Shown: positions 21,784 through 34,440 of the stretch, piece after piece
How positions within the stretch are numbered: the stretch's first letter is position 1
Layout: every line of letters starts with the position of its first letter
Assembly: GCF_018977255.1 (NCBI RefSeq)
Contig: NW_024704748.1
Location: forward strand, 18,166,001-18,230,000
Source of the DNA: Callorhinchus milii
Taxonomy: Eukaryota
Reading direction: 5' to 3'
Length of the DNA: 64,000 nucleotides
Program-made: the position numbers and the translations under genes
Notes under the pieces: model-generated
Seen by the model: the letters and a program-made list of their open reading frames with translations, nothing else
What the model was told of the DNA's origin: nothing
The model's database searches: none

Positions 21784-23100
21784 NNNNNNNNNNNNNNNNN
21801 NNNNNNNNNNNNNNNNNNNNNNNNNNNNNNNNNNNNNNNNNNNNNNNNNNNNNNNNNNNNNNNNNNNNNNNNNNNNNNNNNNNNNNNNNNNNNNNNNNNN
21901 NNNNNNNNNNNNACACACACACACCCTCCCCCCACACCCTCCCCCCACACACACACACACCCTCCCCCCACACCCCCCCCACACACACCCCCTCCCCCCA
22001 CACACACACACACCCACCCCTCCCCCCACACACACCCCCTCCCCCCCCACACACACACCCTCCCCCACACACACCCACTCCCCCCACACACACACACACA
22101 CACACCCACCCCCTCCCCCCCCACACACACACCTCCCCCCACCCCCCCCACACACACACACCCTCCCCCCACACCCCCCCCACACACCCCCCACACACAC
22201 ACCCCTCCCCCCCCCCCACACACACCCCTCCCCACANNNNNNNNNNNNNNNNNNNNNNNNNNNNNNNNNNNNNNNNNNNNNNNNNNNNNNNNNNNNNNNN
22301 NNNNNNNNNNNNNNNNNNNNNNNNNNNNNNNNNNNNNNNNNNNNNNNNNNNNNNNNNNNNNNNNNNNNNNNNNNNNNNNNNNNNNNNNNNNNNCACACAC
22401 ACCCTCCCCCCACACCTCCCCACACACACACCCCCTCCCCCCCCACACACACCTCCCCCCACACACACCTCCCCCCACACCCCCTCCCCCCACACCCTCC
22501 CCCCACACACACCCCCACACACCCACCCCACACACCCCCCCCCCACACACACCCCCTCCCCCCCCACACACACACCTCCCCCCCACCACACACCCCCTCC
22601 CCCCCCCACCCCCCCACACACACCCACCCCGACACACCCCACCCCCACACACACACCCTCCCCCCCACACACACACCCCCTCCCCCACACACACACCTTC
22701 CCCCCACACACCCCACCCCCAACCCCCCCCCCCACACACCCCCCTCCCCCCACACACACCACCCCCAAACGCCCTCCACATACACCCAAACCCCCCCACA
22801 CACACCCCCCCACACACAAATCCCCACCGCACCCCCCCACACACACACACCCACCCCCCCACACACAACCCCCCCACACACCAACCTCCCCCCACACCCA
22901 CCAACCACCACCCCCCCCACACACACACCCAAACACTCCCCCACACACACACCCGTACACCCCCCCAAACCCCCCCCCACACACACCCCATACCCCCACC
23001 CCCCCCCACATACCCCATACCCCCACCCCCCCACACACACCCGCCCCCTTCCCACAACCCACACTCCCCCAAACACTCCCCACCCCACCACACACACACC
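21784..23100. repeat. C/CA-rich low-complexity array with two assembly gaps (21784-21912 and 22237-22393)
   Basis: cccccacacacac-type units and N runs. Confidence 0.95.
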
Positions 23101-23624
23101 CTCACAGTCTGTACTGTATTGAAGTGCAGCTCACCTATGCATTATCTGACTTCAGAGGTTTCAGTCAGTTTCAAGTTGCCTTTTATTCAAGGTTTCATGA
23201 TAGGCACTGTTCCCTCTGATTGAGTTGGGAAGGAGTGGATTAGTTTAAATCTACTCACTCAGAAAATAAATGTAACTTTCAAACTGGTTAAAAATATCAT
23301 GGCACACTGTTAATGTAGTTGTCACTATGGCAATGGTCAGTTCACAAAATAGTTAACAAGAATTTGCTAGGCAAAAAGACCATGGTCCATCTAGTTTGCC
23401 TTCCACCATCCCGACATCGTTTGACACATTGTGTCCCAAACTTTATATTGTATCCTGATATATTTGTCAGCGCCTTGGGACGTCCTCCCAACGTGAAAGG
23501 TGCTATATAAATGTAATCTGGTTGTTGTATAATAATATTTTTCTACCTGCCCAGTATGAGGAAGGGTAAGAATAATATTCACTTGATGTTTTTAAAATGT
23601 AATTTTGTTATTACATTGCAACAG

Positions 23625-23678
23625 TAAACATATTTATAGTTAAAAGCCTAATAAACATATTTATAGTTAAAAGCCTAA
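23625..23678. repeat. Perfect 27-bp tandem duplication
   Basis: taaacatatttatagttaaaagcctaa, two copies. Confidence 0.95.
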
Positions 23679-24065
23679 AATAACAAAATCAGTTCTGATC
23701 CAGATTTCTTGACTTTTTTTAATGGTTTGATTTTTGGTATTGGGCTTTTGGCCTTGGCTAGCACTTTAAAAGGATTGCTGCTGATGTACCTTCCTTGATT
23801 TGTACTGTTCTCCATGTAAACCGTGCAAAGAATTCATCACATCAAGTGTTATTTCTGCCGATGGCTAAAGACCCAATAGATTTGGTAATAGGGTATTCTC
23901 ATTTATACTGTGGCCCAGATGACAACAAATGGGAAGGGTGGAAGCATACGTACAATTAAACATAACTGAAATGGATGGTCAGATTTGATGCGATGACATG
24001 AAGTTGAACCATTAGGGTCAGTTGGGGTAGCTGCAGGGGTATGTTGAAGGAGTCAATAACCAACT

Positions 24066-24240
24066 TATTAATAATAATAATCCTTGCATTTGATGCAGCA
24101 CTTTTCACATCTTCTAGACGTCTCCAAGAGCGCTTCACAGAATATACTGTAAAGTGAATTGACTGTATATTTATGGGTGAAACACGGCAGCCAATTGCGC
24201 ACAGCAGTGTCGCACAAACAGTGATGGATTAAAGTGACTA
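24066..24240 (-). mobile_element. tRNA/CORE-like SINE 3' part
   Basis: (aat)n plus 'ccttgcatttgat...gcgcttcacagaatatactgtaaagtgaattgactgta...gccaattgcgcacagcagtgtc'. Confidence 0.85.
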
Positions 24241-27144
24241 ATAAGTCTTCCAGGTCTGTACTCACACAAAATCTCCTACCAGCAACATCTTCAAAAATAC
24301 TGACTGTACCTCATAGTGTGTGTGTGTGTGTGTGCCTATGGATTGGGGAGGAGATGGGAAGAAAACACAAGAAAGGGAGAACAAAATATGTGATGAGCCA
24401 AGAAAATCCTTCCATTTTATCTGGTCTTAACACCACCTCTGAGAATAGAGCAATCCAAAAGTTGGAGTACATGGAGGGCAAAATACCTTAATCAGAAAAC
24501 ATTGTAGTCTTTAAAATATACACCTCTTGCTTCCAGGAATATAGACCGGAGGTGTGTGGGGGTGTGGTTAGTACTGAATATACACCTCTCAATCCTATGA
24601 ATAGGTTAGAGAATTATCTAGCAGAGCCAATCAGTGTTTAAGCCTCCAAAGGAAACTTCTCGACTTTTTTTGAAAATCTCCACTGATTTGATCTCAACAA
24701 AACTTTTGATTCTTGCGCAAGTTATGAAAGCTAAGCATACATCACAGAATGGCAGGTCATGTTTGAAAAAAGGCATTTTAAACATTTTTTTCATCAAAAA
24801 TGGAACATTTTACATGTTCGGAATCAGGTTAAAAAGTCCAAACGCCCGTTGGACACTCCAGAACCCATGCATTACAATACTACAATAGCTACTACTTGAC
24901 CAGTTAAATGTAAAGCGAGTAGAAATGCAACTGAACAAAAACAATGACACCTGGAAAGGTAAAATACAGAACTGAGGTGAAGCAGCACAGTACATTTGAT
25001 AATAAGTGCATGGATTGTCTATATATATATTTATATACACAAGCAAACACTTCATGGGCAGGGAGTAATTATATCTGACTCTGGTGGTATTGTGTTGACA
25101 TATTGTATTTTGCCCACAAAATATAGTTAATTCACTTTACAGTATATTCTGTGAAGCACTTTGAGACATCTTGCAAGACATGGTAAAGCGCTACATCAAA
25201 TGCAAGGAATATTATTCTTATGAGGCCTTAAAAGGATTTCCTAACCTATATATGCTAGTACAAAAACCCAGTAGTGTGCAAAGAATGAAATCCACAGACC
25301 ACAAATTTAATAGATGTTCCCAATATAAAGAACTTAATCAACTTGGACTAATTTTGTGAACTCCTTTATTTGGACAAAGAAATAATGAATATGATGAGCC
25401 TTGTTGTAATTTTTAGGTTTAGGTACCACAAAGGTATTCAAGAAAACAACACCAAAAGATCTACAATTAACATCTGCCATCACTAGTTTCCAGAAGTGCA
25501 GTGAAACATCTTTCATTTGCTATTTTGCAAGAAACTTTATTTGCATTCTTAAGCCCAAACACTAATATTAAGAAAACCTGAACTAAAAAGGCAGCAGCAT
25601 TGTGCCTTAAAAATACAATTTTAATATGACCAGCTGATGTAACCTAATGCACCTTCAGTATGCTGTGGACCAACCATTCTAGATAGGTCTGACCTTAGCA
25701 TAGAGAAATGATTTTTTTTGGGTGGGGGAGGGAAGAGGTACAAGGGGATGGGAAAATACAAGTAAACATTCACATTTCATTAAGGGAAATGACAAATGCT
25801 GGCTTCTGGTAATTTCAAAAAGGATAAATATTTTTAAGACAGTCATTGCAGCAAAAAAATTAGTGTGAGGCAATAAACCTTTTTTTAAAAAAAACAAAGC
25901 ACTGGTAACACATTCTGGTCTTTTTAATTACAAGTGCAACAGTTCAGTCCCTGCTGTATTAGATAAAAGGTGCAATTTACAGTAACAAGTATTTGATACA
26001 TAATGTTCAACTAGCAGTTCAGCTGTGAGTTTATACTTTTTATAGTCAGCATCATACAATTCCTGATGTAAAAATGGAAGTTTGCCATGATTTCATCTGC
26101 ATTTCAAATAATCCACAAGAATTTTTAAAGACAAAAACGTCCAATATTGTCTATGCAACAAGTGGTTAAATTCAATGAAACCCATCAGTGGAAAATTATT
26201 TGCAATTTTTCCGCTCTTAATCTTAAAATGGTGTTGAATGGGAAATGTATGTAAAATGAGATAAACTTAGGCAAGCATGGCAATTGCAAAATACTGGGGA
26301 GTGAAACTGATCTTTAGTGGTGAATGTAATGCAATAACATTAGCAAGAGCACTCTTTACCAGAGGTAGGCAATATTGTATACATGTCAAAATATAAACAG
26401 CCAGCATTATCACCATATACACTTAAAATTTTCCCCTAATAAAAAAATTGAAACTAGCAGATTAAAACATTTATATAACTAGCATGGAACAAGGTTAATT
26501 TAATTTGTATGATAAAAACATGTGATGTATTTGAGTACAAGGTTTGCAGAATAATCCAATCGATTGCACGATTACACGAGTTAAAAACAAACCCGTTTAC
26601 ATGCTTTAATAGATAATGCATTCTTCACTTTCAATAAATGAAGAGAATGCAACGATTGTATAAGGGTGATCCTTTATCCCTCGCAGTAATAATTTTCCTG
26701 TGCTAACCAAATTATATCCAGGTTTTAATCAAAATGCAGTAAAGTGAAAGGGATAATGGGTCTTGTTCATAAACCGTGGCATTTATCAAGACCATCAAAC
26801 AACATCTGCTGAATCAAACTGCAAAGTAGTATATCAGGGTAATAAAGTGAAGAATAATATTGGGAGTGCTTACCAAACTGAGCAGAAACAACAAGTAGCA
26901 TTTTAGTAGCTACCTACTTGCCATATTTGTTCATTTGACATAATTCCTACAATCAGTTTGTAGTTTAAGATTAAACAGTTTAGTGAACATGTTTTCCAGT
27001 TGCACTGTTTCAATTAAAGAAAACTTACAATATTCATATCACCCACAATGAATATTTATTGTTAATTGCATGGGTTCCAAATAGAAAAAATTGTTGCCAT
27101 TTTTCCTTCTGCTGTGATGGTTGTTTGTACAACTGACATCAGTT

Positions 27145-27190
27145 TCACATTGCATACTTCTGAGTCCATTCTCTTGCTAGCCTGTTGTAT
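27145..27190 (-). CDS. UBE2D1: Ubiquitin-conjugating enzyme E2 D1, exon 7 (last)
   Basis: (K)YNRLAREWTQKYAM*. Acceptor ttcacag. AATAAA on the minus strand at 27055-27060. Confidence 0.96.
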
Positions 27191-28729
27191 CTGTGAACAA
27201 TAAAAAAGATTATAATAAACTGTAACTCTGTTGTAAAACAAACTCAAAATCATAAAAGATTTAAATTTTCTCACAGGTTTTAACTTCTCTGATCCCAACA
27301 AGTTAACTTACCCACCAGAGATATTTTAAGAGAATAAATTAGGTTATATTTTAATTTAGTCCTGTTAAGCACCTGAACTGATGCTTCACTTTATACTTAT
27401 GAGCAACATCTTTGGTAAGCCAACAAATGTTTCTTGATTGAATATTTCTTGATTTATGCTATTTTATTATTTCTACGATTATTTTGTGGGCCAACCAAAA
27501 AGGTTTGCACCACTGCTCAAGACGATAATTGTTTTAATAGTTAAATATTAAGCTTTGTTAAAAGTTTGACAGCAATATCTTTCTCTGCCCCCTAAAGTAC
27601 TGGCTTTGTTTTGGTTCAGGAACCACATGTTTTGTTGTTTTATTTAAAAAAGAGAGAAGCAGATGGATGAGGACAAAATTGAAGTCAAGGATACAGATAG
27701 CCAGCTTAAAGGTGAAAGAAATGTGGAAATACATGCCTTCCTGAAAAAGGTTCTGGGAATGGGGGCATGGGAAACTATCTCATCCATAGCTAGAGCTTTG
27801 CAATACAGTATCTCCCTTTTTAGTTTTTTATTCATGCATTCTTATACATTTCTCTGTGCTGTGATTCCCTGTTGGTTCACATGTTACTTAATTGTACAGT
27901 TCTCAGTATCAAATCTTTTTTTAAAAAAAACTTTGTTGCTTCACAATGTTACTCTGGAAAGGAAAAAAAATGCAATTTTTNCCTCAAAAAGGTCAGGTAA
28001 TGGCAAAAATCACGTACTCCTTAAAATATTATCAGTAATTTCAGAAACAAGGTTTGGTGCCATAAAACTCTTTATAACAATTGTGCAATTGCATTTCCTT
28101 CCCAAAATATTCTGGCTACAAGTTCCAAATAAGTATTTAATTTATTAAAAAATGGTTTAAAAACCCTGAGATCCAGACCAAACAATCTGTTAATCAAACA
28201 ATCCAATGTAACTCATGCAGATCACTGGATACTGACAGCAGCTTGAACCATCCTTTTGGAAGTACCTACCCTCCACCTTAACAAATCATCACAGTATTCT
28301 AATACACTGCAACAATTTACAGTGTAACAAAGGAAATGTAATTGCAAATGCAGTCCCCTACCCTTCTGTGAACACAGTATAATAATAGAATGCACTACAC
28401 CACCACATGTAGTTTTGAAACTTTCAATACCCATATTTGCACCGATAACCAAACGGGTACAGGCTCCACCACCTGGTGAAGCATTAAGACATAAAGACCA
28501 GAGGTCAAAATTTCAAATTGCAGCCTGAGTTAACTAATCTCAGGCAACCAGCATCTGGGGCCCTACAAGGGAATTCAGCACAGTCAAGACAAGGGAAGGA
28601 AGGAAAAGTCATGAGAAATGAAGGGGATAAAACTGACACAAAAAAGTAGTTCCACTCAGATGATAAGACACTACCTAGTGCAGAAATAAGACACAGCCAA
28701 ACTCAGGAAAATCCCGTATTTAATCTCTT

Positions 28730-28865
28730 TTCTGTGCTATGTCAACTAATCTCAGCCAGGACAAGTACAATTGGCCATCGAAGGACACTAGAGAAAAAAA
28801 AACAGGGTATCTGTCCCAAGTCAGTATCCAAGGTTACTAGGCCCACTGCTGGCAAGTTGGAACAT
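28730..28865 (+). mobile_element. LF-SINE-like relic
   Basis: 'ctgtgctatgtcaactaatctcagccagg...acaattggcc...cagggt...cccactgctggcaag', similar to the copy at 30812. Confidence 0.45.
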
Positions 28866-30324
28866 ATAATTATCAATCTTGCATTTGATACAACATCTGG
28901 AATATAAAAACATTTCACAGGAAATTTCTGTAAAGTGTAGTTACTGTATTTGTTAGGGAACACAGCTGAATGTGTGTCATATCCCATAAAAAGTTATGAA
29001 GTGAATGATCAATTTTATCTGGAGGAATGTTTGTCAGAACACCAGAAGAAATTCCCTTCTCTTTTTCAATAGTGTCAAGAAATATCTTAAATGTCCAGAT
29101 GGCGGTTTAACGTCTTGTGGCTATCTAACAGAAATAGGATTGCCTATGATCAAAGTTAAATCGGCAGCCAAAACTCACGATCTGAACTCACACATGAAGA
29201 AAGATCATTTAGATGAGATGTTGCAAAGCAGCAATCACCAGTGGAATTTTTATCCCAACACAATTTATGGGTTCAGGAGAGCAGGGAGAAATTGGAGAGG
29301 AAAAAAAAACATACAAAGGTTAAATTTTAGATGTCGAGTTAAACAACTAATTCTTAATGTGCATTTTTAAAAGTCTAATGAATTTAATTTATGTGACGAT
29401 TCTCAGATTATTATCTAAACTTGACTGAAAACTTTACAATTTCAATCAGATCATTTCCATCCTATGCATATTAAACCGCAATCCACAACCTAATGAAAGA
29501 AAATCATGTGTGCTCGGTGATATTAAAGAAATAATCCACTTCTGCTTTTATTGCACCAAACTGTATTTACTGAATACAGTGAACCAATCCACAGCAGATG
29601 GTTAGTAACCACACCCATTGGGTACTTGATTCAACCTCTCTAGAAGTGAAAAGGACTTTACGGGTTCAGGCAAAAAATCTTGAGTTATATACATGAAAAC
29701 AAAGGTACTCTGTGATAATTCATCTATAAATTTTCACATCACCTGGGTCTTTAGAATTACCTCAGTACCATTTGCCTTGGGAATTGAGGAGTTTTGACCA
29801 AGATTTCGATTGATGATTGCTAAATAGTGACTCCTAGAAAACACGCAAGCTTTAATGTGATATCCCCCACAGGCAAAGAACCCTGCTGACATTCATTGTT
29901 CAGGTCAGCATTGTTACATTTTTCTAAAGTCCATTATTCCAAGCAATATATTGTTCAATGGCTGCTACAAGAATTGTTCCAACGTGTTGCATCATAAAGT
30001 GATGGGGCCCAGAGTCTGCATCTATGAATTGCCTTAAAGTGAGCTACAAATTTCAATCTTGTAGCGGCCATATGGAAACCAAAGAGTTCTCCACAAGACG
30101 GGAGGTAAGAAAATATTAACTGGACCCTTTCTCTTCATCTACAAAAGCTGAGAGGGTAGCCTTGCCTCTGAACAGTATTCCCCTGCCTTCTTTTGTTGGA
30201 GAGCAAGAAAAGGAGAGGGACCAACCCTGAATTGAGGCCCAGAAGCACATGAACGGCAAGTCCACTGAAGGCCACAGGTGAAAGTAGAGACGAGGCACAA
30301 ATGGCCTTGGGCCACATAACAGGT

Positions 30325-30460
30325 ACCACTGCTCTAGGCTCACACAGGAAGATCGGCCACTTGCCCGAGGTACCAGAGGGTTGCCAGCATCCTTAAGGGC
30401 ACACCCATCAGTCAGCGCCTTCAGCAGAGGAAGCAAGGAACATGGGAGGGGAAGGTCTCC
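30325..30460 (+). mobile_element. LF-SINE-like 3' region
   Basis: 'ctaggctcacacaggaagatcggccacttgcccgaggtaccagaggg...gtcagcgccttcagcagagg' resembles the LF-SINE 3' segment as I recall it. Confidence 0.55.
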
Positions 30461-30809
30461 CAGAAACTGTATGGAGTCAAAGAAGAAAAAAATACACTGG
30501 TTATAACTCTATTCAATCAATGAAAAATCATTTAAGAAGCATTTATGGATACCTAGATAGCTGCCCAACATGCCTATTTTCCAAGGCATCCCAGAGTCTA
30601 ATAAAAAAAGATTATGTATCAAGCTTGATAAAACTCAATAAAGAGCTTCAGTTGCTTAAGCAACCATAGCTGCAAGCACACATATCATTAATTGTTTATA
30701 ATATTCATTGGTACACATTTAAAACATGAATGAGCATGCTTACAAAAGGTAAAGGATATTTATTGTTGCGGTAGTCACCCTGTAACGTGGAAGTATACAT
30801 ATCTTTGTT

Positions 30810-31100
30810 CTCTATGCTGAGTTAAGTAATCTCAGCCAGGAGTACATCTGGATGACTCCAATTGGTGTCAGTGGTCCAAAGCGTCCGCGCGTGTGTGTGT
30901 GGGTGGAAGGGAAAAGAAAGAAATCCTCCCAACAACCTAGTTTCTGCTCTTGATTGCTATGCAGTGAATCTGTTGGAAAATACATGTGCGTAGGCAATAG
31001 GTGAGGGCAGGATTACGCCCCATAGTCAATCGGTCAGCCTTCACCATCTAGACTCGCACTTGAAGAATTACCACTTCAGTGTGTACTTGGAATTGTAGCC
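30810..31100 (+). mobile_element. LF-SINE-like relic
   Basis: 'tgctgagttaagtaatctcagccagg...aattggtgtcagtg...tgattgctatgcagtga...ggtgagggcaggatt...tctagactcgcacttgaagaattaccactt'. Confidence 0.55.
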
Positions 31101-31207
31101 AACCAAACAACCAAAGAGCATCTTCACGAAAGGAGGAGAGATGATTGAAAACCATACACATGTTTACACAATGTGCATGAAGCACGCCATTATAAATGTG
31201 GTACTTA

Positions 31208-31468
<261 letters not shown>

Positions 31469-31742
31469 TTACCATCGATAATACAGCTAGCGAGATAGTA
31501 AGATTAAAATCAATGTACCATAGTTTCATCATTTTAGATTATTAATGTAACAGAATTGCAAGCCAATTGAAACACATTTAAATATTTAATTACATTTCCA
31601 AAGCAAATATTTACCTAGTTAAATGAAAGAAATGAAAAATAGTTTTGGGGTAATTATTTTGCTGCTGGAAAAGGGAACATTTTCTTGCATCAAGATCATA
31701 TAATCTTGGGTCAGGTATAGTCTGCGTTATATTTTTAGATGG

Positions 31743-32325
31743 AGGGCAAGCGAGAGACCTGGGTTTGATTCCCGGGCAGGGCGAAATATTGGGCAAGTAT
31801 TCTGACTCCACACACCCGTTTACCTAACAGTAAGTAGGAACCTAGTTGTTAGTCGATTGGTGGATCGCTTTTCTGGGGCTAATAATTCCTTCAAAAAACC
31901 AATAATAATAAATTGGTCACTTCAATCCACGACTCTTTGTGGGCAATTGTCTGCCACGTTTCACAAAATAACAATAATCCTTCCATTTGATATAGAGCTT
32001 TTAACGTCTTCTAGACGTCTCAAAGCGCTTCACAGAATATGCTGTAAAGTGAATTGACTGTATTTGTGGGTGAAACGCGGCAGCCAATTGCGCACAGCAG
32101 TGTCCCACAAACAGTCGTGGATTGAAAATGACCAATTTATTATTGTTTTGTTTTTTGGAGGGATTATTATTAGGCATGTGGAGTAAGAAAATTTGCCCAC
32201 GGTTTTGCCCTGCCTGGAATTGAAAATACAGTTAATTCACTTAGTATATTCTGTAAAGCGCTTTGAGACGTCTTGAAGATGTGATAAGGTGCTATATCAA
32301 ATGCAAGATTTATTATTATTATTAT
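31743..32325. mobile_element. Cluster of tRNA/CORE-like SINE pieces in alternating orientation
   Basis: + head/core at 31743-31970, - copy at 31970-32222, + tail at 32223-32325. Confidence 0.85.
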
Positions 32326-32536
32326 CTAGACATCTATGATAGGGCATGTCAACCTCAAGTCCTTCAGTTTTTCATTGGCTGCAAAAATGGATCTGCAGCT
32401 AATGGATTTGCTAAAGTAGTTTGGCGAATTTTTTGTTTAAAAAGTACCTCCCCTCTCCAAAATGGATGTTAGGAGCAACAAAACCCAATGAGAAAGAGAC
32501 ACTATACATTTTAAAAAGTTAATGATGTAAAAATCA

Positions 32537-32719
<183 letters not shown>

Positions 32720-32747
32720 TTAATTTTTCAAATTCTAAAATACCTTA

Positions 32748-32873
<126 letters not shown>

Positions 32874-32938
32874 TTACCACCACCAAATTTTAAAAATAAT
32901 AAAATTGCAAGAAAAACACTTTGTACTACAATACTTAC

Positions 32939-32970
32939 AGGTCCCATTATCGTGGCTTGCCACTGAAACA
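32939..32970 (-). CDS. UBE2D1: UBE2D1 exon 3 (32 bp)
   Basis: (L)FQWQATIMGP. Acceptor tttttag, donor CCT|GTAAG. Confidence 0.96.
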
Positions 32971-33056
32971 CTAAAAAAAACGGAGCAATGTTTAGAATGT
33001 GATGTTTCCCTTAAAAAAAACAAATTAAAAACTTAAAGTAAAAGTTAAAAACTTAC

Positions 33057-33120
33057 AGTCATCCGCCACCGGCCCTGCTGAACACTGTGCTGGAGGATCA
33101 ACTTTCAAGTCCTCTAATTC
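33057..33120 (-). CDS. UBE2D1: UBE2D1 exon 2 (64 bp)
   Basis: ELEDLKVDPPAQCSAGPVADD. Acceptor atttag, donor ACT|GTAAG. Confidence 0.96.
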
Positions 33121-34159
33121 CTAAATTTTAAAAGAAAATTTTAAGTCAACTCTTGCTAAACCAACTGCTGTTTTACAGCTCCAAAGTATCTGGCTCCCAG
33201 AGCATATTTTTTCCAGAGCAATCTAATTTACATCAACTTCACTGTGAAGATTTTACATGAGATAAAGATTAACATGATTCAAAAGGCTATTCACCAAACT
33301 TTTAAAATTCTTCTCAATTTGAAAAGGAGAACGCCAGTCAAACAATATGAATCAAAAATATTTGTGGTTTGAATCATGAACATTTATTAGAAATATACAC
33401 TTTTAAAACTCATTATCCAAGACTTTTTCCTCCCCAGAAAATATATATTACTGAAAAATCTACCATGAATATACAATTCCCACTCAGGTACAGTGCAGAG
33501 ATATAAAGCATGTAATGAAATCATTGTTGTTTTAAACACAATCATACAATTAAACAATGGAGATGGGATGCCAACCAGCTAGCCATCCAGCCCCCCATCC
33601 CCATGACACAACTGCATATTTGCCAGTTTCTTTTCTCCCGACTCCAATCATCACAAGACGACTGTGAAAGCTTCATGTAGAGCCTTTGGTATAAAATAAA
33701 GGTAATATTTTATTACTGTCAAAAAGAAACAGAACAAATATGCATGAAAGTGAGAAACAGAGAGTAACGGAAAGCTATAAAGCATAATCTAATGGATCAC
33801 TTAGTCAGCATCAGCTAGGGCAAGTGACATTAGAACATGCAAGCTGCAATTGTAGGCTTTAATTGGTAATGTCAGGAACATAGCAAAACCTCTCTAATGC
33901 CAGTTTGTAATGCAAATTATAACTCCCAATTAGCATGTACAAACCATTGATATATCTGAACAGACTGGCATTTTGCGAGATTACATGTTGAGCTGACAGA
34001 TGTCAAGGCAAAATACAGGCGGTTAAAGACACAGGTTAACAATCTACCTCTTCTGGAATGAACTTACAGGACATTCTACCAACACTGAAGCATTCCAACA
34101 ATTAATATTTAAGAAGCTTGCACTGCATCCTTAATTTTCATGGTTACAAATCTCATCTT

Positions 34160-34440
34160 TTGGTTGAGAGGTTCATACCGAGGTTCCGACTGCCTGTTCA
34201 GATAGATGTTAAACATCCCATGGGAGTACTTGAAAAAAGCAGGGAGATTCTCCTAGTGTCCTGACCAACAATCCTACAGATAAAATTAATCATTTATTTT
34301 ATGTCTGTTCATGGGACATTACTTATGAGCAAATTGGCTCCTGTGTTCGCCTACAAGTACACAGTCAATACACTTTGCAGAAAAACTAATGCTTTAGTGT
34401 GATAAAGCACTATATCAAATGCAAAGCATCTGATTATTAC
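34160..34440 (+). mobile_element. Deu-domain SINE fragment
   Basis: 'accgaggttccgactgcctgttcagatagatgttaaacatcccatggg...cagggagattctcctagtgtcctgaccaaca' plus the shared tail. Confidence 0.7.

Noticed and set aside
21335-23219. Long ORFs of 440-595 aa on both strands
   Set aside because: Artefacts of C/CA low complexity and N gaps, which contain no stop codons.
27663-28148. 161-aa plus-strand ORF in UBE2D1 intron 6
   Set aside because: No recognisable domain, AT-rich intronic composition, and it contains an ambiguous base.
30812-30850. Possible alternative last exon of UBE2D1
   Set aside because: No pyrimidine tract, and it lies within a repeat relic. The canonical exon 7 is intact at 27145-27190.
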